A stretch of DNA of 64,000 nucleotides, taken from Patescibacteria group bacterium (GTDB taxonomy: Bacteria > Patescibacteriota > Microgenomatia > UBA12405). The DNA is taken from assembly GCA_023380755.1 (NCBI GenBank), contig JAMCSD010000006.1, positions 39,841-103,840 on the forward strand, read 5' to 3'. The position numbers and the translations under genes are program-made. Every line of letters starts with the position of its first letter. Position 1 is the first letter of the stretch. Positions 16,172 to 24,796 of the stretch are shown here, one piece after another. The notes below the pieces were generated by a model. The model saw only the letters and a list, made by a program, of their open reading frames with translations. It did no database searches and had not been told where the DNA came from.

Positions 16172-17752
16172 ACATGGATTTGCGGGTCGCAAATCAGGTC
16201 TTTTCTCCATAATTTCCGTATACTTTTGAGGTTCTCGCCAACTCTTGTATCTCTCTGACCAATTATCGCTATCAGCGAGAACTCCATATTCTTTTTTAAG
16301 GTCAATTTCCAATAATTTTGTTGGTTTTAGTAAGAGGTTCTTGCTGATTTTGATTAAAACCTCGTGTTTATCGTTTTTTTGTCCGGTCTTAAACTTTTGC
16401 AGGCAAGCTAACGCAAAATCCAGCGAGTTTTCTACCTCCATTCTTTTTTCGTTAGGGTCAACTTTTGATACATCAGTTTTTTCAGCGTCCTGCTTTTGTT
16501 GTTCCAAGGCTATGGCCTTTTCTTTGTATTTTGAATCATCTATTAGCCCATTCAATCTCAAATCTAAAAGGTTATTCAGTTGAGTATCGATATTTTCTAG
16601 CGATTTCATTTTAGATTGTTTTTTTTCTTCTTCAAAGCAAAGATCGTTCTCATATATCACCGAAAGCCATTTCTTGGACCAAGTAATAAATTCCTGGTCA
16701 GGTTGTACTTGATAAAGTTTTTCCTTTATCTGATCTACAACATTGGTTTCAGTTAATGGTAGCGAGTTGCACTTAACCCCCCGATTCTTTCGGGTACAGT
16801 AGTAATAAGTATATTCAGCAGTCCTCTTTGTACCTCGATAATACTTTTTCTTTTTTGTTGCCGTCATCGCACAACCACAAACCGAACACCTGAATAATCC
16901 GGTCAAGTCAAAATCCAACTTTTGTGGTCTGGCCTTATGTGTCCCCATTCTTCCTAATAATTTTTGGACCGTAATATACTGTTCCTTGGTTATCATCGGC
17001 GTGTGCTTACCCTCGTACCAAATTCCCGATCCGTCCGGCCACTCATATTCCCCGTAATAGAAAGGTTTGTTAAGCAAATTATAAAAAGTTGACCGGGACA
17101 AGACTTTTTTAAATCCGCTGGTCAACTTCCATTCGTTTGCTGCTTCTTTATAAACCTCTGACGCTTGTTTGCCGAAAAGAATTTCCTCAAATAACCTTTT
17201 AACAAACACAAATCTTTCCTCATCTATTTCAATCACTTTGAATCCCTTTTTCCGATCTGGAGTGTTTTTATAACCCAATGGAGCCGGTGCTGGATACCAT
17301 CCCATATTGGCTTTGGTAGTCATTCCTCGTTTAGCATTTATTCCCCGGTTATCATTTTCTAATTTGGCTTGACCACATAGAATGTTGAATAGAAACTTAT
17401 CGTTAGGTGTACTGCTAAATATCTGATTGGGGGTTATTACTCTCTGGAGAACTCCCAGATCCATTAAATAAATTATTTGGCCGGTATCAACCGAATTTCT
17501 CGATAAACGATCCGGATTCCAAACCACCAAAGTATCAACTCCTTGTGCCTCCATATCTTTTAGCATCTTGTTAAAAATCGGTCTGCCCGGTTTTTTAGCT
17601 GATTGGGATTCCTGGTAATAAGGTTTTATAAGATCTAATCCGTCTCTCTTAGCCAGCTTCTCCAGCTCTTCGATCTGAGAGGGAATAGACAACGCCTGTC
17701 TTTCTTCACTTTCTTGTGATTTTCTACAATAAACAAAAACTTTATTGTTCAT
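16130..17752 (-). CDS. large serine recombinase (resolvase/invertase N-domain, recombinase domain, zinc ribbon, coiled coil)
   Basis: 540 aa; VFVYCRKSQESEERQALSIPSQ (catalytic Ser context), DRLSRN, and Cys-rich CSVCGCAMT...YYCTRKNRGVKCNS. The last ~14 codons (WLPRVDSNHEPTA) are the antisense of tRNA-Asn. Confidence 0.9.
   Translation of the reverse strand: MNNKVFVYCRKSQESEERQALSIPSQIEELEKLAKRDGLDLIKPYYQESQSAKKPGRPIFNKMLKDMEAQGVDTLVVWNPDRLSRNSVDTGQIIYLMDLGVLQRVITPNQIFSSTPNDKFLFNILCGQAKLENDNRGINAKRGMTTKANMGWYPAPAPLGYKNTPDRKKGFKVIEIDEERFVFVKRLFEEILFGKQASEVYKEAANEWKLTSGFKKVLSRSTFYNLLNKPFYYGEYEWPDGSGIWYEGKHTPMITKEQYITVQKLLGRMGTHKARPQKLDFDLTGLFRCSVCGCAMTATKKKKYYRGTKRTAEYTYYYCTRKNRGVKCNSLPLTETNVVDQIKEKLYQVQPDQEFITWSKKWLSVIYENDLCFEEEKKQSKMKSLENIDTQLNNLLDLRLNGLIDDSKYKEKAIALEQQKQDAEKTDVSKVDPNEKRMEVENSLDFALACLQKFKTGQKNDKHEVLIKISKNLLLKPTKLLEIDLKKEYGVLADSDNWSERYKSWREPQKYTEIMEKRPDLRPANPCWLPRVDSNHEPTA
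16177..16206 (+). terminator. hairpin plus T-rich run immediately after tRNA-Asn
   Basis: 8-bp stem gatttgcg/cgcaaatc with a 3-nt loop, then aggtcttttctcc. It lies inside the 3' end of the recombinase ORF on the other strand. Confidence 0.4.
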
Positions 17753-17871
17753 GTTTGTATTTAAAAAATAATGCCCCCGCTAGTGCAACCAAGACTACTA
17801 GAGTCCTGTCTAACGAGGGCATTAAAAAACTCTAGTCAAATTATCTTGGTTGCAATAAAATTATAAATCAT

Positions 17872-18159
17872 TTAATTGCTGCTATCCTGGTTTAATTGGT
17901 TAGTTGGTGGTGCTGGAAAACCCATATTGTTCAGGTGCCATTTAAACTCTTCTATAGTGCCTTCGCAACTACAAAGGTAGTCTATTGCCCCAACACTCCA
18001 TCGACTTATTAAATCAAACAATTTCCGATAGTCTTCGTCATTCTCTGCTTGACCACGATGATATATTAAGAAATCAATTTTATATTTTGCAGGTAGTTTT
18101 TCAACGAACATAAAGTCAAAAGCCCTCTCGTTTAATTTATTTATATTTTCAATTATCAT
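17872..18159 (-). CDS. hypothetical protein
   Basis: 95-aa ORF in the island; no motif recognised. Confidence 0.4.
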   Translation of the reverse strand: MIIENINKLNERAFDFMFVEKLPAKYKIDFLIYHRGQAENDEDYRKLFDLISRWSVGAIDYLCSCEGTIEEFKWHLNNMGFPAPPTNQLNQDSSN

Positions 18160-18212
18160 AATTTGTTAAATTAATAATATTTTTTCCTAAGTTTTATCGT
18201 TACATATTAATA

Positions 18213-18584
18213 TCACCTCCTAAAATTTGTCTTAAGACCCCAATTTTTAAGAATTGCTATAAAATACGGAGGTTTCTTGGTTCTAATTCTTCCTTGATTC
18301 TCGGCTTCAATGACAAAACTCAACGCCTCAAATAATTTATCAATCGGATTATTTTTGGCCAAAAGCAAATAATAACGGTAGCTTCTTTCATCATCTAACT
18401 TGGTAGATAGTTCTTTTGCTGCTGCCTCTGGCTCATAAACAAACTGGGACAATAACTGATCTACGGAATCCTTCTCTTTAGAAGAAACAGTATAACTGTT
18501 TACTGTATTGTTAATATCCTTATTACTGTTAACAGTTAACTGTTCTCTTCGTTCAAGGACTTCCTTAATCATTTCAGTGGTCAT
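18213..18584 (-). CDS. putative DnaD-domain / phage replisome-organiser-like protein
   Basis: The C-terminal PPYFIAILKNWGLKT matches the Y-x3-I-x3-W signature of DnaD-like domains (compare remembered B. subtilis DnaD YIDRILFEWKKNG). Confidence 0.4.
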   Translation of the reverse strand: MTTEMIKEVLERREQLTVNSNKDINNTVNSYTVSSKEKDSVDQLLSQFVYEPEAAAKELSTKLDDERSYRYYLLLAKNNPIDKLFEALSFVIEAENQGRIRTKKPPYFIAILKNWGLKTNFRR

Positions 18585-18811
18585 ATCTCCACCTCCAAAA
18601 ACGCCTTTAACGCTTTTATCGAATCGGGCATATTTTCATAAACGCCTTTATTGGTCCACCCCTTTGCATAAGTGACACATACGTTAATTAGGCAATTTGA
18701 AAATTTATTAGCTTTTAGAAAATGATTAATTCTTCTTCTTTTGCAACTCCCGACTCTTTTTACCTTTCCGTTACTGTAAACAATTTTGATTTGAATTTTA
18801 GGTTTGTTCAT
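18581..18811 (-). CDS. hypothetical small basic protein
   Basis: 76 aa; 4-nt overlap with the downstream gene. Confidence 0.4.
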   Translation of the reverse strand: MNKPKIQIKIVYSNGKVKRVGSCKRRRINHFLKANKFSNCLINVCVTYAKGWTNKGVYENMPDSIKALKAFLEVEI

Positions 18812-18982
18812 TTTAATATTTCCAAATTTATGTTTGGCTCTACCTTTTTGGCAGTCCTGTTATCAACGCCATAAGCTCTAAAAAATTAATTGCTCTCACC
18901 TCTGCTTCTTCAAAACTAAGAACCTCTCCAAATTTCCGTTCATAAATTTCCTTAAACTGGATAACAGCTTCTTTGGGAAAGT

Positions 18983-19225
18983 TCATATCCGGCTATAAAT
19001 ACGGGTCTTGATCTCGCTAAGTTTGCGGAAGTAATCAAGTGGAGAAACCTTTAACTCTCCGCTCCAATACATTTCAATGAGTTTTTCTAGTTCAGGAGTT
19101 TTTTTAAATGTGAAATAAACTTTTCGGGGATCGCTATTGTCTAATGACTCAATTGGTTGATATAAAGATAAAGTAGCCGTTAATGATAGGTCCGAGGTAA
19201 TAAAAGCGTTTTCATTATTCTTCAT
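18983..19225 (-). CDS. DUF5659-like small protein
   Basis: 80 aa; the pattern FITSDLSLTATLSLY...KVYFTFKKT...LIEMYWSGELKVSPLDYFRKLSEIKTRIY resembles my recollection of DUF5659. Confidence 0.35.
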   Translation of the reverse strand: MKNNENAFITSDLSLTATLSLYQPIESLDNSDPRKVYFTFKKTPELEKLIEMYWSGELKVSPLDYFRKLSEIKTRIYSRI

Positions 19226-19317
19226 AACTTAATGAAGAATAAGACCATAGGATGGGCTAATCTATAGTCGTTGATTATTACCGTGTTAGTCGTTCGTTAG
19301 CTGTTCAGCTTGTGAGA

Positions 19318-20004
19318 TTATTTAGTTCTGAGATAGTATTTTTTGTCTGCCGCAAGAAATAGTTTTGATAATTCACCATCCATATTTAATTTTCGCTTTA
19401 TATTGTAAATAGCTTGTTGAACTCGAAGTTCGTCGCAATCTTTAACTTCGTCATCCAAGAACTTATTAATTATTTGTAGGTAACTTAGAACATGAGTTGG
19501 CTCTTCGAGAAATGCTTTGAAGATTCTATATAAGCCGTCATTTGTATCGAAGTCATATCTATTATCAAGACAATATGCTTCTCCTGTAAAAGTATGCAAA
19601 CAAAAAATTCCATAACTAATTATTAGTTTCTTGTCATTTATCCATTCATAGAGATGTTCGATAAAACTAGGATTCTTCACAACAACCGTAGCGATAAAAG
19701 AACCATCATCATCTTCACAATAATTAAATTCTTTTGGTCTAGCTAAGACTTGTAATCTAATGAGTTCATCAATTAATAAACAATCATCTTTTTCAAAACA
19801 CGAATCAAAACCTTCATCGTGTAAATTGGGATTCTCAGCAATCTCGTTCATTCTTTTGTTTGCTAAAGGAAGATATACCGACACTGTATTTATTTCGGTT
19901 CTTTTCTCATAGATATAGCGAACCACGTTTCCAAGCTCTTCATTTAAGATTAGTTTTCGCAATAAATACGAAATACCCTGTTTTTCATCACTCTTAATCT
20001 TCAT
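19318..20004 (-). CDS. putative DNA-binding regulator with a C-terminal winged helix (OmpR/Trans_reg_C-like)
   Basis: The C-terminus DELRVQQAIYNIKRKLNMDGELSKLFLAADKKYYLRT resembles the Trans_reg_C pattern (v.vhI..LRkKl....li.tv.g.GY.l). Confidence 0.35.
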   Translation of the reverse strand: MKIKSDEKQGISYLLRKLILNEELGNVVRYIYEKRTEINTVSVYLPLANKRMNEIAENPNLHDEGFDSCFEKDDCLLIDELIRLQVLARPKEFNYCEDDDGSFIATVVVKNPSFIEHLYEWINDKKLIISYGIFCLHTFTGEAYCLDNRYDFDTNDGLYRIFKAFLEEPTHVLSYLQIINKFLDDEVKDCDELRVQQAIYNIKRKLNMDGELSKLFLAADKKYYLRTK

Positions 20005-20178
20005 CTACTTCGCATTATATCGAAAAGCCAGCCTATAAATCACTTTTTGTGGTAACATAAAATTGTCCTCACAATCTGTTTACCTAAACCTTCAAAAAAG
20101 GCATGGTAAGAAATCCGAGTTAAGAGACGGAAGCTCTCCGTCTAGCTTTCCTTAACTCGGTCATATACCGAAAGGTGT

Positions 20179-20451
20179 ATGGGTTTGGTGCGAAAGTGCC
20201 AACCGGCTAGCGGGGAGCTTTTATTTTTCCCCGATCTTACAAAAAATATGAAAATGATATCGGTCTGGGGATTATGTTTGATAATAGTTTTTGGAAGCTT
20301 ATTCTATTGGTTTCAATTAAGACCTAGTCAGATTAGAAGTACTTGTCAAAAAGAAACGATAAGCAAAATAAAGGATGTAAACGGTGCCACCACCGACACT
20401 TATGAATTAGCCTACAAGTTTTGTTTAAGAGGAAAAGGAATAGAGAAATAG
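20179..20451 (+). CDS. small membrane protein
   Basis: 90-aa ORF with one TM helix (ISVWGLCLIIVFGSLFYWF); the start is uncertain. Confidence 0.4.
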   Translation: MGLVRKCQPASGELLFFPDLTKNMKMISVWGLCLIIVFGSLFYWFQLRPSQIRSTCQKETISKIKDVNGATTDTYELAYKFCLRGKGIEK

Positions 20452-20453
20452 TT

Positions 20454-20639
20454 ATGAATAATAAAGTTACTATACTTGGAGAGGTAATTACCAAAAAAGA
20501 TTTACCTAAGCTCTATAAATGGGCCAAAGAAAACCCCGCAACCTTAGTGGAACAACTTAAAAGCATTGCCGATAAATGGCATGAAGGCAACATTCGGTCA
20601 GCTTTAATCGCTTTTGAAATGGATTTAGAAAGAATATGA
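20454..20639 (+). CDS. hypothetical small protein
   Basis: ATG 20454 is preceded by aggaaaagga; the track ORF starts earlier at 20421. Confidence 0.4.
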   Translation: MNNKVTILGEVITKKDLPKLYKWAKENPATLVEQLKSIADKWHEGNIRSALIAFEMDLERI

Positions 20640-21148
20640 AAATAAAAAAAGATAAAGTCGATTCTAAAGAGCTTTGTCGGCTAGCTTTCAAGTTATATGA
20701 GGAGAATACTGACCCATTAAAATGGGAGATTCTAAGAAACTTTCTTAAATACGCCTACGAAGCTATTCCAGAAAAACAAAGACATTTAGTTCTTGGAAAT
20801 ATGGACCTTCATGATGGCCCTATCCGTGATATTGTCTATAACGAACATAATATCGTTAATTGGGACTATAGAAAATTTATTGCTGATAACGGAGATTTAT
20901 TCCTTCCAAGTTTTGATGGTTTCCATAAAAGGATAGAAGTTGCTAGACAATCAACAAGTAATGAACCGCTGGATTACGTCAAAGATAAAAAGATGTTTGA
21001 GGAAGCGGTTAATCTTGCTCAACAAACAGAATCAATGACTATAGTTACTCTAATGAAGCATTTCAAAATCAGCTTTGCTCGGGCAGTAGAACTAGCAAAG
21101 GAACTAAAAGCAGCTAGGGTGATTACCCACGAAGTTAAGTACTCTTAG
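20636..21148 (+). CDS. hypothetical protein with a C-terminal FtsK-gamma-like winged helix
   Basis: 170 aa; the C-terminal MTIVTLMKHFKISFARAVELAKELKAARVI weakly resembles the FtsK gamma wHTH pattern. Confidence 0.4.
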   Translation: MKIKKDKVDSKELCRLAFKLYEENTDPLKWEILRNFLKYAYEAIPEKQRHLVLGNMDLHDGPIRDIVYNEHNIVNWDYRKFIADNGDLFLPSFDGFHKRIEVARQSTSNEPLDYVKDKKMFEEAVNLAQQTESMTIVTLMKHFKISFARAVELAKELKAARVITHEVKYS

Positions 21149-21647
21149 TTTCCCTTTCTGCTTTCTGTTGGGCTTTAAATTTCATAAATGGCTCATAATC
21201 CTCACCAAAGGCCAATTTAGTCAATTCCTCGTCAGACAAATCATCAAGTCCGTCCCTCCGATTAATATCTAACTTATTTGGTGCATATTTACCTTTGAGT
21301 TTGTAATAGGTATCGATCGCCGACAGTTTGACTCGTAAATTAGAAAATTGATTTATCAAGAAAAGTAATTGCTTTTCAACAAATCCATCATCAAATCCAT
21401 ATTCCTTTAGCTTTAGATTCAGATAAGCACAAATGTTAGGTTTTGTAAGGTTTTCCGAAGCTATTGATGAAGCTAGTTTACGATTTCCATTTACTTTATA
21501 TCCGGCTCCTTCTACTGCTGATATAGAGTCACCTTTTGTTTTTAAATAGCCATCACAGAATAGCTTTTGTTTAAGGTTTAGCTCGTAGTTTTTATAATCC
21601 AAACCACGAAATTTTAATAACTGACTCATAAATAATTTTACCAGCAA
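21135..21647 (-). CDS. phage terminase small subunit-like protein (Terminase_2 type)
   Basis: LKQKLFCDGYLKTKGDSISAVEGAGYKVNGNRKLASSIASENLTKPNICAYL matches the TerS pattern (kq.lFc.eYl..gn...Aa..AGY......a...as.ll..p.v...i). The likely start is ATG 21629. Confidence 0.6.
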   Translation of the reverse strand: MLVKLFMSQLLKFRGLDYKNYELNLKQKLFCDGYLKTKGDSISAVEGAGYKVNGNRKLASSIASENLTKPNICAYLNLKLKEYGFDDGFVEKQLLFLINQFSNLRVKLSAIDTYYKLKGKYAPNKLDINRRDGLDDLSDEELTKLAFGEDYEPFMKFKAQQKAERETKST

Positions 21648-21721
21648 TTACAAACCTACAGGCTGATTCTAAGTGGTAAGATATAAGCAGTAATTAGAGA
21701 GAAAATTAATATTACAAATAC

Positions 21722-24700
21722 ATGACTTTTAATGAAAATACCAGGGTAAAAATACCCGCTTTGATTCATCTTACTCGGCTCGGTTATACGTATTTCTCCC
21801 TAAAGGATAATAGTCACCAAATTGATTCCGAAACCAGCATTATTACAGATATTTTTAATGAACAAATCCAAAAGCTAAATCCTAACGTCACAAAAGATTC
21901 TATTGCTCTAGAACTTCAAAACATAAAAGAAGAACTAAATTTCGATGATTTGGGTAGAGCGTTCTATAAACGCCTAATTGGTAAAGGAAACGGAAATCTA
22001 AGACTTATAGATTGGGATAGATTTAACAACAACCTCTTCCATATAACTACTGAATTAGCAAATAAAAATGGCGAAGATGAGTTCCGGCCAGACATTACAG
22101 TTTTTATAAATGGTCTTCCGCTATCTTTTATTGAAGTTAAGATACCAAACAACCCTGAAGGTATTAAAGCCGAACGGGACCGAATAAATTCTCGTCTAAA
22201 GAATGAGAAATTCCGTTGCTTTACAAATATAACTCAACTAATCGTATTTTCTAATAATATGGAGTACGACGACACCGACATTAATAAACTTCAGGGAGCT
22301 TTTTATACCACCACAGCCAAAGGTACTGATACCATCTTCAACAATTTTAGGGAACAAAAGAAATCGGAATTAATCGACGATGTAAAGGATATAGACGAAA
22401 CTTTACAGGACTTTATTCTAACTGATAATAACTGCCGAGTAATAAAAAATTCTCCAGAATTTTTGTCAAACAAGGATATTGATACTCCAACTAATCGGAT
22501 TATGACTTCTTTATACACTAAACACAGATTGGGAGATTTACTTAAATATGGCATTTGTTATGTTAATGAAATTGATGAAAAGACAGGCAAGGTCACCATT
22601 CAAAAACACATAATGCGTTATCCGCAATTTTTTGCCACAAAAGCCATAAGGACCAGACTCGAAGAAGGAAGTAATAAAGGTGTAATTTGGCATACTCAAG
22701 GATCTGGAAAAACTGCCTTGTCGTTTTACAACGTTAGCTCTCTTAGAGACTATTTTGCCAAAAAGGGGATTGTTCCAAAATTCTACTTTATTGTTGATCG
22801 TCTTGATTTGGCCACACAAGCGAAGGACGAGTTCAGTAAACGAGGATTAGCTGTAAAGACTATTGATAACAAACAAGCTTTGCTAGAAGACTTTAGGACC
22901 AATACCACAACAGAAGGGATAACCGTTTTGAATATCCATAAGTTTCGAGAAGATACCGTAGCTATCGACGATAGCGGTTATAATATTCACCTACGTCGTG
23001 TCTTTTTCATAGACGAGGCTCATCGAAGCTATGATCCGAAAGGATCTTTTTTGGCAAACCTTTATAACTCGGATAAAAATTCAATCAAAATCGCACTTAC
23101 CGGTACCCCCCTGATTATCTACAAAGACCACGATAAAAAGGGTAATGTTGTTGATTCCGTTCAAAAAGAAGATAAAAAAACCACACGTAATATATTCGGC
23201 GACTACATTCATAAATATTATTACAATGACTCAATTCGTGATGGTTATACTTTAAAGCTTTTGCGAGAAGAAATTGAAACTAGTTATAAAGAAAAAGTCC
23301 AGGGCATAATTAACGACATTAAAGTTCAATCGGGAATCATAAACAGACAAGAATTGTTCGCACATCCCAAATTCGTTTCTTCCATGCTGGATTATATTAT
23401 TGACGATTTCGCCAACTCCCGTATTCGTTTTGGCGAAATGTCCATCGGAGGCATGGTGGTTTGTGATAGTTCTGAACAAGCCAGAGAGATGTACGATCAA
23501 TTCAATAAATCAGCTAATAGCCACAATTTGGTAGCCGCCCTTATACTCCACGATGAAGATGATAAGGAGATTCGCAGAACTAAGATTAAAGCATTTAAAG
23601 ACGGTAAAATCGATCTTCTATTCGTCTACTCCATGCTACTCACTGGGTTTGATTCTCCAAGACTTAAAAAATTATATTTAGGTCGCAAGATTCGAGCTCA
23701 CAATTTATTACAGACTCTTACTAGAGTTAATCGCCCCTACAAAAACTTCAAGCTTGGATACGTTGTTGACTTTGCTGATATATCAGAAGAGTTTGAAGTT
23801 ACCAACCAGGCATACTTTCGAGAACTTAAAGAAGAGTACAGGGATAATCTTGACGGTGAAGATCCAAATAATATATTTGGGTCATTGTTTATGAGCAAAG
23901 CTGAGATTGACCAGCAGATTGCTCAAATCCAACTAGCGATTGCTGACTTTTCAACTGAAAATTTAGAAACTTTTAGTCGTCAAGTATCAGCCATTGATGA
24001 TCGCAAACAGATTCTTAAGCTTAAAAATGCCCTTGAATCTGCCATGGATATTTATAACGTAGCTCGACTCCTAGGTTATACCGAGATCTTAGAAAAACTA
24101 GACTTCAAACTTCTCTCGAAACTGTTGACTATGGTGGCTAATCGGCTCAAGCTTCTTAATCTCAAAGAAGCTATGGGTGACGTCAATTCAAAGGAACTAC
24201 TAAATACAGCAATCGAAGATGTAGTTTTTATTTTTACTAAAACCGGAGAAGAAGAACTGAAACTAGTTTCTGAGGACCTTCACAATATTGCTGGTAAAGT
24301 CCGTTCTGAACTTGAAAAAAACTTTAACAAAAAAGATCCAGAATGGCTAAATTTATATCAAGCATTTTTAGAATTACTACATAAACACAACATTGATCCT
24401 AATGCGGATAATCTAGATAACATGAAATTTGAATCGGAGGAATTAAAGCACATTTTTGACCAGATAAAGGAACTTAACCGGAAAAATGCCATGTTGCTAG
24501 AGAAATTTAAAGGTGATCACAAATTCGCAGTCGTCTATAAAAACATTCAGTCTTCTGGAAAAGTGAGCGACAATTTACCTCTTTATAATTTACTATGTGA
24601 CGCTAAGGGCAAAATTGATACTCGACTTAAAAACTTGAATTTACTTTCCAACGACGGTTATTTTCGTCAATGTGTCGGGGAAGATGTTTTAACAAGTTTT

Positions 24701-24793
24701 CAGGGCGGTAAGTACCAATTTGACGCTGATATACTTAAAAATCTTATTAGCTATACCTCGGATGAATATTTAGCCGAGTATCAAGGAGAATAA
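21722..24793 (+). CDS. hsdR: type I restriction enzyme, R subunit
   Basis: 1023 aa; typical HsdR N-terminus (NENTRVKIPALIHLTRLGY), Walker A TQGSGKT, DEAH-box FFIDEAHRS. Confidence 0.9.
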   Translation: MTFNENTRVKIPALIHLTRLGYTYFSLKDNSHQIDSETSIITDIFNEQIQKLNPNVTKDSIALELQNIKEELNFDDLGRAFYKRLIGKGNGNLRLIDWDRFNNNLFHITTELANKNGEDEFRPDITVFINGLPLSFIEVKIPNNPEGIKAERDRINSRLKNEKFRCFTNITQLIVFSNNMEYDDTDINKLQGAFYTTTAKGTDTIFNNFREQKKSELIDDVKDIDETLQDFILTDNNCRVIKNSPEFLSNKDIDTPTNRIMTSLYTKHRLGDLLKYGICYVNEIDEKTGKVTIQKHIMRYPQFFATKAIRTRLEEGSNKGVIWHTQGSGKTALSFYNVSSLRDYFAKKGIVPKFYFIVDRLDLATQAKDEFSKRGLAVKTIDNKQALLEDFRTNTTTEGITVLNIHKFREDTVAIDDSGYNIHLRRVFFIDEAHRSYDPKGSFLANLYNSDKNSIKIALTGTPLIIYKDHDKKGNVVDSVQKEDKKTTRNIFGDYIHKYYYNDSIRDGYTLKLLREEIETSYKEKVQGIINDIKVQSGIINRQELFAHPKFVSSMLDYIIDDFANSRIRFGEMSIGGMVVCDSSEQAREMYDQFNKSANSHNLVAALILHDEDDKEIRRTKIKAFKDGKIDLLFVYSMLLTGFDSPRLKKLYLGRKIRAHNLLQTLTRVNRPYKNFKLGYVVDFADISEEFEVTNQAYFRELKEEYRDNLDGEDPNNIFGSLFMSKAEIDQQIAQIQLAIADFSTENLETFSRQVSAIDDRKQILKLKNALESAMDIYNVARLLGYTEILEKLDFKLLSKLLTMVANRLKLLNLKEAMGDVNSKELLNTAIEDVVFIFTKTGEEELKLVSEDLHNIAGKVRSELEKNFNKKDPEWLNLYQAFLELLHKHNIDPNADNLDNMKFESEELKHIFDQIKELNRKNAMLLEKFKGDHKFAVVYKNIQSSGKVSDNLPLYNLLCDAKGKIDTRLKNLNLLSNDGYFRQCVGEDVLTSFQGGKYQFDADILKNLISYTSDEYLAEYQGE

Positions 24794-24796
24794 TAT

